Shown: positions 17,925 to 28,885, counted from the first letter of the stretch. The stretch is DNA of 64,000 nt from Deltaproteobacteria bacterium (GCA_029938605.1 JAOZUO010000004.1:23048-87047), one strand, 5' to 3'. Numbers and translations: made by a program. The notes: generated by a model from the letters alone, not told the origin.

Positions 17925-18746
17925 CTATTCGGCGATGAAATCATCCAGAGTCAGCACCACGATGTCGGGCTGAGACTCGACCTGCCTGGTCACCCCACCT
18001 GCCGCTACGAGAACGAGTTCCAACGTGCTGCGCTCCCGGTTGGGGTACAGCTGGGCCTTCTCGCGGAGCTGGTGCACCGCGTCCATTCCAGTCCGTTTGC
18101 GAGACCATTTGCACTCGACCAGCGTCGTGACTCCGTCGGTCCTACCGAGCACGAGATCAATCTGGACTCCGCGCTTTCGCTGGGTTTTCCGGTGCCAGTA
18201 GGAGCCGACCTCCTCCAGCGCATCTTCGGCGTCCAGTTGTCTGGCGATCAGGTCGGCATGCTGGTCCACGAAACGCTCGAAGGCAGCCCCCAGGAACCGG
18301 TCCCAGTCTTCCCGACCGATCAGGTCGAAGGGAGACGTGCGCCGTCGCCGATGGATCTTACGTAGGTTGGGTGCAACGAGCTTGAAATAGAAACGCAGGT
18401 AGCTGTCGTCGAGGCGATATCGAATGGTTTTCGAGCGCGGTCCTGCGCCGATGGGGGTGTGACGAGAGACAAGGTCGAGCAGCAGCATCCGCTCGAGATA
18501 GTAAGCGATCAATCCGGTCGCTATCTCCGTCCGCCTGCTCAGCTCGGCCATCGAGAGCGCTTCGCGGGCAAGTTCCCCCAGGATCTGGAAGTACCTCTCC
18601 GTCTCTTTGAGCTGCTCGCTCAACACGAATCTGACTTCGTCCACCAGAAATCCCCCGGCCGAGAATGCCTGTTCGGCAAGGACCCGTCGTACGGGCTTGG
18701 GGCCGGCAAATAGCTCCACGTAGGCGGGCACTCCGCCCACAGCCAA
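17925..18746 (-). pseudogene. 5'-truncated archaeal-type ATPase/DUF234 protein (winged helix and PD-(D/E)XK-like C-terminus only)
   Basis: Begins at GGVPAYV; has YRLDDSYLRFYF, G.AFE, QIDLV...VECKW; no Walker A region upstream. Confidence 0.7.
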
Positions 18747-18868
18747 CAGTGACGGTTATGGAAAGCTCTCCATAAGAGGTAGCACGGCGTGTTCGCAAAC
18801 CGCTCCCGACATCGCCCACTGCTTCCAAGGCCGTCGCGGAAGCGAACCCGAAGCTGGTAGCCAGGTTC

Positions 18869-19141
18869 ATGAACTGGGTCCAGGCCCGGTTCCACGACGA
18901 CAACCGACGAAAAGGTGAGGTCCGGGCCGAGGACAATCAGGCACCAGGAGGAATCGACACGATGCTCGAATCAGCGATCAAGGAGCGAGCAGAGAAAGAG
19001 CGCCGGGAAGGCCGCCAGGAAGGCCGGATGGAGGAGAAGCGCGAGGTAGCTCGTAAGGCGCTGGCCAAGGGCATGAGCCCTGCTGACGTGGCCGAGTTGA
19101 CCGCGCTGCCGTTGGAGGAGGTCCAAAGGCTTACGCACTGA
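18869..19141 (+). pseudogene. Rpn/YhgA-like nuclease-transposase C-terminal fragment
   Basis: EGRQEGRMEEKREVARKALAKGMSPADVAELTALPLEEVQRL is the typical Rpn C-terminal tail; catalytic domain absent. Confidence 0.7.
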
Positions 19142-19489
19142 GTTGTGTAAACCAGAGATGGACAGGTTGAGAATCTGACGAATCTCCAGAAAGATAGTTG
19201 GTGTAACTGCTCCTTTGGGGAGCAAATCAAGAACTCTGCCTAACGGCGGGGTTTTTGGTTTACACCACGACTTCCTGAGCAACACCGGCCTGCAGGACGT
19301 CGAGTACCTGGTCGGCGACCCGCCTCCGGGGCCCAACGGCGTCGCCACGGTGTTTTACAACAAGTCCTGCTACCATCCGATCTATGCACCCAGGTAAAGG
19401 ACGTCCAGTTGCGCTGTCACACCACCCTGGACGGCCTGCATCGCATCAAGCTCTGCCGTTGAGCCGATTGCGGGGTGGAGTGAAGAAGC

Positions 19490-20671
19490 TCAGGTGGCCG
19501 TCAGGCGTCCCTCGAGGAAATCGAGGACGCGTCGGGCGCGGGCGGGGTAGGTGTAGTTTTGACTGTCGGCCAGGGCTCGAGCTCCCAGCTGGGCGCGGTG
19601 ATCGGGGTCTGACTGCAGCAGGCGCAGTGCCCGGGCTGCCGCGGCCAGGTCGCCCGGTGGTACGAGGATACCGTTGTGCTCGTGGCGGATCACCTCCCGG
19701 AGGTCCGGCGTGTTGCCGGCGAGCACGGGTCGGCCGGTGGCGAGGTAGAGAAAGGCCTTGATGGGCAGCACCGTGTGGCCCGCGTCCTGTAGGCCGGTGG
19801 CTGAGGGCGGAATGGTCAGCACGTCGGCCGCATAGAGGTAAGGGGCGAGGGCGGCCTGACGCATCCAGCCGAAGACCTGGACGTTGGGCAGGCTCCGGGC
19901 ACGCCGCTCCACTGGCCCCTGGCCTTTGGAGCCAACGAGCAGGAAGCGCACGTCCGGGAGCCGCGCGGCGAGGTCGCAGAGCAGATCGACGCCCTTGGTG
20001 GCGGTGACGTCACCCACGTAGGCGACGGTGAAGGGATCGGCATCTGATGCCAGGGGAGGTAGGTCGAGGATCTGGCGGGCCTGGGCGCGGCTGAGCCGGG
20101 GCTCCAGGCTGGAGGGGTTGAAACCGTTTCTGGCCGTGAGCAGCCGATCGGGCTCGAGGCCGCAGCAGGCGTAGCTATCGGCGGCCAGCTGGGAGTGCAG
20201 GATCAGGCCGCAGAATCGCGGAAGCCGCGCCAGTTGGCGGAACAGCATCGCCATGTGAGCGTACTGATCCGGCCAGGGGCGATAGGTCTCGTAGAAGGTC
20301 GGCAGAGGGGTTTGGTGTAGGCCCGCCAGCAGGGCGGGCAGGTTGCGCGAATAGACGAGATCGGCGGTGGTGTCTGCGATGCGGGCGGCGGCCCGGTGGG
20401 CCAAGGTGAGCTTCTCGAGACCGCGGAATAAGCCCGGGCCCGGGCCGCGGCCGCAGAGGCTCACCGCGAGGGGCACGGTGGCGAAGGTCGGTGCGACGTC
20501 GTAGTGCGCGGCGATGGCCTCGTCGGTGGCGGCCTGCGCGGGGTCGTTGGAGGTGTAGTAGAGCGTGACCCGCGCCCCGGCGGCGCCGAATGCCGAGCAC
20601 ATGGTCACCACCTGCAGGCGATCCGTGCCGGTGCCGGGGTAACGTTGGTCGCTGACGTAGGCGATATGCAT
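19490..20671 (-). CDS. Glycosyltransferase family 4
   Basis: GT-B fold signatures: YVGDVTATKGVD, AADVLTIP, PIKAFLYLATGRPVL, EVIRHEHNGILV. Confidence 0.85.
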   Translation of the reverse strand: MHIAYVSDQRYPGTGTDRLQVVTMCSAFGAAGARVTLYYTSNDPAQAATDEAIAAHYDVAPTFATVPLAVSLCGRGPGPGLFRGLEKLTLAHRAAARIADTTADLVYSRNLPALLAGLHQTPLPTFYETYRPWPDQYAHMAMLFRQLARLPRFCGLILHSQLAADSYACCGLEPDRLLTARNGFNPSSLEPRLSRAQARQILDLPPLASDADPFTVAYVGDVTATKGVDLLCDLAARLPDVRFLLVGSKGQGPVERRARSLPNVQVFGWMRQAALAPYLYAADVLTIPPSATGLQDAGHTVLPIKAFLYLATGRPVLAGNTPDLREVIRHEHNGILVPPGDLAAAARALRLLQSDPDHRAQLGARALADSQNYTYPARARRVLDFLEGRLTAT

Positions 20672-20695
20672 GGCGTGCGCGTAGGGGGTTGATGA

Positions 20696-21946
20696 TCACC
20701 GACCGGGGGGGTTGCCCTGGCCCGGACGGAGGCTCTCACGCCAGAGGCGATCGATGGTTTCGTAACAGGTCTTGGCGTACCGTGGCTCGAGGGTCGGGAA
20801 GACGAGGTCGCGCAAGCCCGAACGCTTCGCGGCGTAAGGCTGCAGGTCCTGCCACTGCCCGGAGACGATGAGCTCCACCAGCTCCTCCACGTCCCACACC
20901 ACGGGGCCATAGGCGATGTCTTCATAGTCATCGTAGAAGTTACGCCGCTCGAGGTAGTGATCCAGATCGTAGGGAAAGAAAATCATCGGCTTGTCCAGGG
21001 CCAGGTAGTCGAAGATGGCACCGGAGTAATCCGAGATGAAGCCGGCGCAGCGCAGCATGGCCGCCTGGAGCTCGGCTGGGGGCAACCACTGCACTCGCGC
21101 CTGGAGCCGCTCGGCCTGCGACAAGCCCACGGTGTTGATGTGCGCCCCCACCAGCAACCGATAGTCCTGATCGGCCAGCCAGGCCTGGAGCCGCGGGTGG
21201 TCCATCAGAGCCTCGACGGTGGCGCCCAGCGCCTGCTGGGACTGGCGCTCCTCGCGCCAGGTGGGGAAGTAGAGCAGGGTTCGCTCGGTGGCCGGGAGGT
21301 CGCGGCGGGCCTCGAGCAGGCCGTCCAGGTGGGCCCCGCCGCCCAGATGGACCTTGTGCGCCTGGTCCGGGTAGGAGAGGGCGAAGTTGGCGCGCTCCTT
21401 GTCCGAGGAGGCCAACAACGCGTCGAAGTGGGGAACTGTCTGCTCGAAGGCCCAGCGCCGGACGCCGCGCAGCTCGTGCACCCCGGGGTCGTGATACTGA
21501 CCCGCCTTGAGCAGGTTCATGGAGTGGTTCAGGTGCACGCGGAAGCCGGTCAGACCCCGCATGAACAAAAGACAGAGTTCGAGATCATCCTCCCCGTGGG
21601 AGTAGATCAGCACGGGGGCCTTGAAGATCGTCCAGCGGGCCCGCGCCGTGTTGCCGCAGAGGCAGGGCAGACCGCGGGCGCTGAGCTCGGCCAGCACCGA
21701 GTCGTTGGTGCTGATCCAGATCACCGGCTGCCGAGTATGGTTGACCATGTACTCGTGGAGCACTGCGCAGTTGTCGACGCGAAGCCGACCGCCATGCCCG
21801 CCGATTACCCAGGGCTCATTCTCTCCGCGTTTGAGGCGAGCGAGGGGATACAGCAAGGGCGTGCTGGCCAGAAAACTGACGATGTTGCGAGCGGGCCCCG
21901 CCACCTTGCGGGCCTGGTCACGCAGTGCGGTCAAGCTCGACTTCAT
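20696..21946 (-). CDS. CDP-glycerol glycerophosphotransferase (TagB/TagF) family
   Basis: LYFPTWRE, ISDYSGAIFDYLALDKPMIFFPYDLDHY motifs. Confidence 0.85.
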   Translation of the reverse strand: MKSSLTALRDQARKVAGPARNIVSFLASTPLLYPLARLKRGENEPWVIGGHGGRLRVDNCAVLHEYMVNHTRQPVIWISTNDSVLAELSARGLPCLCGNTARARWTIFKAPVLIYSHGEDDLELCLLFMRGLTGFRVHLNHSMNLLKAGQYHDPGVHELRGVRRWAFEQTVPHFDALLASSDKERANFALSYPDQAHKVHLGGGAHLDGLLEARRDLPATERTLLYFPTWREERQSQQALGATVEALMDHPRLQAWLADQDYRLLVGAHINTVGLSQAERLQARVQWLPPAELQAAMLRCAGFISDYSGAIFDYLALDKPMIFFPYDLDHYLERRNFYDDYEDIAYGPVVWDVEELVELIVSGQWQDLQPYAAKRSGLRDLVFPTLEPRYAKTCYETIDRLWRESLRPGQGNPPGR

Positions 21947-22193
21947 GGCGGTATTGTAGCGAAGGAGCCCGGCCTTGTGAAGTGATTGGGCTCAAACCTG
22001 GGTCACGATAAACATCCGATGTTAAACATTCCATTGACTACGCTAAGCTGCTTCGCGGATACTCGGGTCGAGTTCATCCGAATCACTACACAAACCCGCA
22101 TCGTTTCGAGAAAGCGATCCGAGCCATGGCAGGCCCCCTCAACGGCAAGACTGAAGACGATGGGGAGAGCTGCCTCGAGCGTGCCCAGCCGAG

Positions 22194-23738
22194 ATGAGCG
22201 AGAACCAAGAGCGAGCCCGTCAGACCACCTTCCTGGTGGTCGGCAAGGTCCTCTCCTCGCTGTCCGAGGCAGCGGTGCCCATGGTGCTCGTGCGAATGCT
22301 GCCCGCCACAGAGGTGGGTATCCTGAGCGCCATACTGCTGCTCTACGCGATCCTGGCGCCGATTCTGACCGCGGCCTTCCCAGCGACCCTGATGTTCTAC
22401 CTGCCGACCCGCGAGGCCCCGGCCCGGCGCGCCATCGCCGCGCGGGTGGGTCTGGTGCTGTTTGGCCTGGGCGCATCGGCTGCAGCGCTGCTGTTCGGCC
22501 TTGGGCTGATCGCCCTGCTGGCGCCCAACACCCTACACGCGCTCACCAACAGCGTTGTAGGTGGCACCTCGGCTGTGGGCCCCGAGGGACTGAAGTACCT
22601 GCTCATCCTGGCGATCATGCCCCTGGGCGATCTCCCGTCCCGGATGCTGCCCAACCTGCTGGTGGTGGAGGGCCGCGCCAGCACCGCCGCCGGCATCGGC
22701 GTGGTGAAGTCCATCGGCACTGCGGTCTTCAGCATGGTGCCGCTCTTCCTCGGGATGGATATCTGGTACGTCGTCGGTTCCATCGCCCTGTTCGGCTTCG
22801 GCTACGGGGGGCTGGTGCCCTACTATCTCCGGAAGCTCTATCCAGGGGCTAGCCGAGCGGCCGTTCCCTTCACCACCGGCGCTCTCTTCCGCTTTGCCAT
22901 TCCCCTCGGCCTCACTGACATCACCTCGACCCTGAACGCCAAGCTGGATCAGTTCCTGATTACTCTCTACTTCGTCGCCGCCATGGTGGCCCAGTATCAA
23001 ATGGGCGCCTTCCGGATACCCGTGGTCACCGCCATCGCCATGTCCACCGGTGCGGTCTACGCGCCACACTTCACCCGCCTCTTTAGCAAGGGAAAGTTCC
23101 GAGAGGCCATCGACACCTGGCGTCTATCGATTCGCAAGGTTGCCATGCTCGTCGTGCCCATCTCCCTGGTGTTCGTCGTGGCCGCAGAGGAGACCATCGA
23201 GCTGCTGTTCACCAGGGACTATCTGGCCGCGTCCAACGTGTTTCGGGCGTACTGCGTCTTGAGCATGATGCGCGTCGCCGCCTTTGGCCCGGTGATCGTC
23301 GCCGCGGGGCGCCCCAAGCTGGTCTTCAAGGCCGCAGCCATCTCTTTCGGCTCCAACGTGGTAATCAGCGTGCCCCTCCTTTTCATCATTGGCTTCGAGG
23401 GCCCGGCCGTTGGTACGGCGCTGGCCTTCATCCCCGGTGCCGCCGCCTACTGCTGGTACATTGCCAAGGCCTCTGGCATGCACTTCCGAGAGATCTTCCC
23501 GGTGACGGACTACCTGAAGGTGGTGGCCGTGGGCGCGGTGGCAGCAGGCGCGGCAGCGGCGTTCAAGCTCAGCTTTCCTTTTGGCGCGGCACTGCGGCTC
23601 ACCGGAATTGCGGTGGTGTTGCTGGCCGTATTCGTTATCGTGGGCTCGGCGACCCGATTGATCCGCCGTGAGGACTGGTTGTTCGTGGGCCAGTGGTTCT
23701 CCAAGAAGCTGCGACGCGAGAACGACGAAAACCGCTGA
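22194..23738 (+). CDS. Oligosaccharide flippase (Wzx/MOP family)
   Basis: Multi-TM protein with LFRFAIPLG...LDQFLI pattern; next to glycan genes. Confidence 0.82.
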   Translation: MSENQERARQTTFLVVGKVLSSLSEAAVPMVLVRMLPATEVGILSAILLLYAILAPILTAAFPATLMFYLPTREAPARRAIAARVGLVLFGLGASAAALLFGLGLIALLAPNTLHALTNSVVGGTSAVGPEGLKYLLILAIMPLGDLPSRMLPNLLVVEGRASTAAGIGVVKSIGTAVFSMVPLFLGMDIWYVVGSIALFGFGYGGLVPYYLRKLYPGASRAAVPFTTGALFRFAIPLGLTDITSTLNAKLDQFLITLYFVAAMVAQYQMGAFRIPVVTAIAMSTGAVYAPHFTRLFSKGKFREAIDTWRLSIRKVAMLVVPISLVFVVAAEETIELLFTRDYLAASNVFRAYCVLSMMRVAAFGPVIVAAGRPKLVFKAAAISFGSNVVISVPLLFIIGFEGPAVGTALAFIPGAAAYCWYIAKASGMHFREIFPVTDYLKVVAVGAVAAGAAAAFKLSFPFGAALRLTGIAVVLLAVFVIVGSATRLIRREDWLFVGQWFSKKLRRENDENR

Positions 23739-23755
23739 ACGGCGGCAAGGATCCA

Positions 23756-26593
23756 ATGTCTGGATTTGCATCACGCATCTTGAAGTACTTCGCGCGGTAC
23801 GCCGCCTACGCGAGCCGACGTCCTTGGATACCACTGCTCCTGTCGCTCGGGGTGGCCGCCGCGGCGCTCGTGGCCGCCTCCCAGCTGCTCCAGTTGGATC
23901 CGCGCTTTGACGCCCTGCTTCCCTCGGGCACCCCCTCGGTGGAAGCGCGGGCCGAGGCTCGCAAACGCATGGGCTCGAGCGCCCTGTACCTTATCGCCGT
24001 GCGTAGCCCCGACCCGGTGGCCAACTACCGCATGACCCGGGATCTGGCGAAGGAGATCTCCGGGTGGAAGGAGACCGTGTGGGTGCTGCATCGCCGGGAC
24101 ACGGAGGTGTTCCGTAAGCACGCCCTGTTTTACACCGACGAAAAGGATCTGAAGGAGCTGGCGGTCACCCTCAAGCGAGTGGTGGACCGAGCCCTGCAGC
24201 GGGCCCGGGCCAAGGCCAGCGGGTGGGAGCCCTTAGACGACGAAGAAGAGGAAGAGATCAAAAAGAAGGACCAGGCGGACAAAGACCGCCTACGGGCCCT
24301 GGGGGACAAGTACCGCTTCCGGCTCATGCAGGCCAAGCAGGAGGGCCTCCTCGCGGAGTTGGACGCGCTGCTGACCAAAGAGAAGACGCTCAAAAAGGCG
24401 GACAAAAAACGGATCCGCCAGGTCTACCGGGACGCCCTGGAGACCTTCCGCCAACCCCGGCTATCCAAGCGGTTGGACCGGTGGCTGCCTCGGCACAAGG
24501 AGCTCACCGCCGCCCAGCGCCAGCAGCTCCGCAAGTCGATCCGGGACGCCCTGATCAACGACTCCGGGGACGTGACGGTGGTCATCGCCCAACTGACCAA
24601 GGGTACGAACAACGTGGAGTTCGCCCGGCGCGTGTACCTCAAGGGCGAGACCCTGATCAAAAAGCTGGACCCCCACAAGTACCACCCGGAGATGATCGCG
24701 CGGGTGGGCGGCGCCTACCGCAGCTTCCGGGAGTACGACCAGGCCATCAGCGACATCCGCGCGGCATCCATCGCCTCGCTGCTCATGGTGCTGGGCCTGC
24801 TGGTGGTCTTCTTCCGGCGCCTGCGCGCCATCGTCGTCGTGCTCGTTCCGCTGTTGGCAGGCATCGCCTGGGCCGCCGGCTTCGCCGCCCTCGCCTTCGG
24901 GAAGATGAACATCATCACGTCCTTCATCGCGGCGATCCTCATCGGCCTGGGCATCGACTTCGCGATCCACCTCTACTCCGCCTATCGCAGCCACCGGCTG
25001 GGCGGGGCGAACTTGGAGGAGGGGCTGTCCGGTGCCGTGCACGAGGCGGGGCCGGGCATGTTCACCGCCGCCATCACCACCATGGCTGCGCTGCTCACCC
25101 TGGCAGCCGCGCACTTTCGGGCCTTCAACGAGTTCGGCTACATCGCCGCCGCGGGAGTGCTCTTGTGCCTGGTCGCGGCGCTGGTGGTCATGCCGCCGGT
25201 GATCGCGATTCTCGACCGCATCCGCACCGAGCGCTTCCCCGCGCCGAAGGAGGGGGCCACCCGCAAGCTCACGGCGCAGCGCATCCGCTGGCTGGCGGCG
25301 ACCGCGGGGGGGCTTGCGCTGATCATCACGGCGGTCCTGGCCTGGCGGGCCCCATCGGTGGCCTTCGAATACGACTTCAAGAAGCTTCGCGGCAAGGGCT
25401 CGGCCAAGACAGGCATCGCCTATGGCGAGGCCATGCGCGGCTCCAGTGGCTCGGCGCCCATGGTGCTCATGGCCGACAGCGCGGCGCACATCCGTCTCGC
25501 TCACAAGGAGCTGAACCGCCGCAAGAAAGCAGAGCAGAGGTGCTGCGACGTCTACCTGGCCGGCTCCATGCCCCAAGGCAAATGGTGCAAGCGTATGGGG
25601 CTCACCAACCCGCGGTCCCGGCGCATCGTCTACACGGCCTGGGATGGCACGCGCAAGTGCCGCCCCCGGGTACGGGATATCGTGACCGTGGCCACGTTCA
25701 TCCCCGAAGGGCAGAAGGCCAAGCTGCCGCACATCCGGATGATCCGCGAGACGCTCAGGCCCACCAAGAAAAAGGGCGACCCCATCGAGGAGGCGTCGGG
25801 GGACATCCGCAAGGAGCTGAGGCAGCTACGGGACTACGCCCAGATCGACGCCCCCCTGACCATTACCACGCTCCCGCGTTGGGCACGCCGGAGCCTCACC
25901 GAGAAGGTGAACGGGCCCGACGGCAAGCCCCGCATGGGCGCCATCGGCCTGGTGTACTGCAGCCTGCACTTCCGGGACGTGCGGGACATGATCGACATGT
26001 CCCGCGACTACGCCCAGCTCAAGGTGGGCGAGCGACCCGTGCGGCTGGCCGCCGGGCAGTTTGTGGTCTCAGAGGTGGTGGAAACGGTGCAGAAGGACGG
26101 CGAGCACGTGTTTATCTACGCCTTCGTGGCGGTGCTGCTGCTCCTGCTATTGGACCTGCTCTCCATCTCGGGTGCCCTCATCTGCTTCACCACCCTGACC
26201 CTGGGCTTTTTGTGGTCCCTGGGCGCCATGCAGTGGTTCGACCTGAAGCTGGGGGTGTACAACATGCTCGTGGTGCCCACCGCCTTAGGCGTGGGCATCG
26301 ATGGCTCTGTCCATCTGTACCACCGGTTCAAGCGCCTTGGCCCGGCGTATGCCGATGCCCCCCTGGGCCATACCGGCACTGCGGTCATCGCCTCCTCCAT
26401 CACCACCACCGCCGGCTTCGCCGGTCTGTTCTTCATCGCCCACGGTGGCCTCCGCACCATCGCCTGGTTCGCCACGGTCTCCATCGTCCTCACCCTGGCG
26501 GGCATCCTGACGATCCTCCCCGGCCTCCTCATCTGGCGCTCCCGAGCCCTCCAGAAGAAGCAGGTCCAGGACGAGCCCCACCCGAAGCCGTGA
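23756..26593 (+). CDS. MMPL/RND-family transporter
   Basis: Two TM bundles with IGLGIDFAIH and LGVGIDGSVH motifs; ATG at 23756. Confidence 0.88.
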   Translation: MSGFASRILKYFARYAAYASRRPWIPLLLSLGVAAAALVAASQLLQLDPRFDALLPSGTPSVEARAEARKRMGSSALYLIAVRSPDPVANYRMTRDLAKEISGWKETVWVLHRRDTEVFRKHALFYTDEKDLKELAVTLKRVVDRALQRARAKASGWEPLDDEEEEEIKKKDQADKDRLRALGDKYRFRLMQAKQEGLLAELDALLTKEKTLKKADKKRIRQVYRDALETFRQPRLSKRLDRWLPRHKELTAAQRQQLRKSIRDALINDSGDVTVVIAQLTKGTNNVEFARRVYLKGETLIKKLDPHKYHPEMIARVGGAYRSFREYDQAISDIRAASIASLLMVLGLLVVFFRRLRAIVVVLVPLLAGIAWAAGFAALAFGKMNIITSFIAAILIGLGIDFAIHLYSAYRSHRLGGANLEEGLSGAVHEAGPGMFTAAITTMAALLTLAAAHFRAFNEFGYIAAAGVLLCLVAALVVMPPVIAILDRIRTERFPAPKEGATRKLTAQRIRWLAATAGGLALIITAVLAWRAPSVAFEYDFKKLRGKGSAKTGIAYGEAMRGSSGSAPMVLMADSAAHIRLAHKELNRRKKAEQRCCDVYLAGSMPQGKWCKRMGLTNPRSRRIVYTAWDGTRKCRPRVRDIVTVATFIPEGQKAKLPHIRMIRETLRPTKKKGDPIEEASGDIRKELRQLRDYAQIDAPLTITTLPRWARRSLTEKVNGPDGKPRMGAIGLVYCSLHFRDVRDMIDMSRDYAQLKVGERPVRLAAGQFVVSEVVETVQKDGEHVFIYAFVAVLLLLLLDLLSISGALICFTTLTLGFLWSLGAMQWFDLKLGVYNMLVVPTALGVGIDGSVHLYHRFKRLGPAYADAPLGHTGTAVIASSITTTAGFAGLFFIAHGGLRTIAWFATVSIVLTLAGILTILPGLLIWRSRALQKKQVQDEPHPKP

Positions 26594-26603
26594 TCCGGCA
26601 GCG

Positions 26604-27299
26604 TTACTTGCGCTGGCGTTTGAGATTCTGCTGGCGCTTGAGTTTGTCGGGAGACTTCGTGAAGTAGCGCTGGATCTCGTGGGCCATGTGTCGCACCGAC
26701 CGGCGCACCCGAGGGCGCTCGAAGTTTCTGGGCAGCATGGGCGAGATCTTGAGAAAGTACCCGTAGTCCACCTGGCACCAGCCCGGGTGGCCGGGCAGCT
26801 TATGGAGCTGAACAAACCCGGCCGCCGCCTGGAAGCTGCCGTCCACCATCTTCCAGCGGCTCCGCATGCGCTTTCTGTCGTACCAGGTCTTGTTCTTCAT
26901 GTAGGCGCCCTCGGGGTGGGTGAGCACCATCTTGTTTACCTCCCAACCGTCCCCTTTTTTGACGAGGGTGCACGACGCGACGCCCTTGAGCGCCTTGGCC
27001 AGCTCGCTGCACTTGGAGAGCGAACTCCAGGCGTGGTCCATGGACACGTCCAGGTGGAACCTGGCGATCCAACCCGGCACCCCATCGGGCGACGTGCCGG
27101 GTACCAGCTTCACTACACCCAGCTCCGGGCGGGTGGCCTTGACGGTCTTAGTCTTCGGCGTGTACAGCAACCCCGCCACCCAGTGGTAGACAAAAAAGCC
27201 CCCCACCACGACCACCACCAGTCCCACCACAGACAGCCCACCCCACTTCAACCCCTTCTTCCAAGTCGGGCCGTGGGTCTTATTTTCGCACTTTGACAT
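26604..27299 (-). CDS. Membrane-anchored SRPBCC/START-like protein
   Basis: N-terminal TM helix, then an AW..L...WKMVDGSF....G polyketide-cyclase-like pattern. Confidence 0.6.
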   Translation of the reverse strand: MSKCENKTHGPTWKKGLKWGGLSVVGLVVVVVGGFFVYHWVAGLLYTPKTKTVKATRPELGVVKLVPGTSPDGVPGWIARFHLDVSMDHAWSSLSKCSELAKALKGVASCTLVKKGDGWEVNKMVLTHPEGAYMKNKTWYDRKRMRSRWKMVDGSFQAAAGFVQLHKLPGHPGWCQVDYGYFLKISPMLPRNFERPRVRRSVRHMAHEIQRYFTKSPDKLKRQQNLKRQRK

Positions 27300-27415
27300 G
27301 GTCGGCTCCAAAGTACGGACTATGACACGCCTCACGCCGCTTGTGTAGTTTCCGCGCCCGGCTCGCCCCGCGTGAGCCCTTGACCATCGCCCGCGACCTC
27401 GTAATACTCCCCGCC

Positions 27416-28345
27416 ATGTCTTCGACCCCAGTACCCAGCCCGCCCAGGGGAGGACTCTACGCGCCGCGTCTGTGGCGTAACCCCGACACGCTTCCCTTCA
27501 TCGCCCTCGTGACGGCGGTGGTCTTGCTGGCCGGAGGCGGCATCCTGCTGGGACAGCCCACCTGGGGACTGGCCCTTGCGCTCTGCGTCGGCATCGCAGG
27601 AGTCGCGGCGCGCCAGGTCTTGCACCACCGTTGGGTGCTATTTCACCTGGAGCACCAGCAGCGGAATCAGCAGGCCCTCGACGCCCTGCACCGGCTGCTC
27701 CCCCTCAAGGCCCCCCTTCCGCCCATGACGAGCTGGGCGTGCACCCCGGAGCTGGCGGCGGTGGTGGCCGAAGCGGTCCTCACAGGTCGACCCCGGCGGG
27801 TACTGGAGGTGGGCAGCGGCGTGTCGAGCGTGGTCATGGGCTACTGCCTCGAAAGCAACGGCTCCGGGAAGTTGCTGTCTCTGGACCACGGCGACGCCTT
27901 TGCGGACCAGACCCGCGAGCAGCTCGCTCGCCACGGGCTGTCCCAGGTGGCCGAGGTCGTGTACGCGCCCCTCGGTCCGGTCCAGGTGAACGGTGAGCAG
28001 TGGGCCTGGTACGACACCGCCGCAGTGGGGGAAGAGCCCATCGATCTACTCGTGGTGGACGGCCCGCCCGAAAAGAGCCGTCCCGAGGCGCGCTACCCGG
28101 CCGTGCCGCTGATGTGGGACCGGCTCAGTGACCGGGCGGTGGTGATCCTGGACGACGCCCGGCGGAGCGACGAGCAGGCCATCGTGGCCCGCTGGCGCCG
28201 GGAGCACCCCGAGCTGCACCTGGAGTGGGTGGACGCAATCAAGGGCATCGCCATCCTGCACCGCGGCCCGCGAGTTCGCGTAGAAGCGGAAGTCAGCCCG
28301 TCGCAGCCACCCGAGGGCGGCAGTCCAGTGAGTAGCTCAGGGTAG
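27416..28345 (+). CDS. Class I SAM-dependent methyltransferase with N-terminal TM helices
   Basis: VLEVGSGVSS, IDLLVVDGPP, VILDDARR. Confidence 0.82.
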   Translation: MSSTPVPSPPRGGLYAPRLWRNPDTLPFIALVTAVVLLAGGGILLGQPTWGLALALCVGIAGVAARQVLHHRWVLFHLEHQQRNQQALDALHRLLPLKAPLPPMTSWACTPELAAVVAEAVLTGRPRRVLEVGSGVSSVVMGYCLESNGSGKLLSLDHGDAFADQTREQLARHGLSQVAEVVYAPLGPVQVNGEQWAWYDTAAVGEEPIDLLVVDGPPEKSRPEARYPAVPLMWDRLSDRAVVILDDARRSDEQAIVARWRREHPELHLEWVDAIKGIAILHRGPRVRVEAEVSPSQPPEGGSPVSSSG

Positions 28346-28885
28346 AGACTTACGCGCCTCGTCAAGCAGGGTTTGCAGGCGCGTGAGCTCGATGGGGGCG
28401 GGCTCGATGTTGAGCTCCATTCCGTCGGCGAGGTCCGGGATGGTCTCGGGGTTGTTGACCGCCAGGTCGTCGAACATCCCCAGGGGACAAAGCAGCACGG
28501 CCGTTTCGTAGCGCCCAAAGGCTTCGGTCTTGTGGGATTCGTCGAAGTAACGAAACACCGCCTTACGGTACTTCAACCAGCCCGGGGTGAGCCAGTACAC
28601 CTCCCGCCCGGCGGCGATGTCTCGACGCGCGTCGGCGTCGGCGAGAAACTCCACGCAGTTGCCAGCCTGTAACCTCACCACGCGATCTCCATACTCAGCC
28701 AGGATGGCGTCTATGGTGCGCTCGGGCGCGTTGAGGTTCATCATGCAGCGATCCCCGAAGCCCCCCACCACCTGGTCAGCGTGCTTAAGCGCCTCGTCGA
28801 TTCGTTCCCTGAGCTGACGCTCCAGCTCATCGGGGTTGTCGTGAAGGCCGGGAGCCGTGTAGTGGACGGCCGAAAAACCGGGGGG
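28337..28885 (-). pseudogene. 5'-truncated DUF1638-family protein
   Basis: Frame extends upstream of the listed ORF to VHYTAPGLHDNPDELERQL; also NCVEFL and YWLTPGWL. An in-frame TAA near 28886-28888 cuts off the N-terminus. Confidence 0.7.

Noticed and set aside
16450-19450. Integron cassette array
   Set aside because: No paired RYYYAAC/GTTRRRY attC boxes with stems could be matched, no integrase is present, and the fragments lie in mixed orientations.
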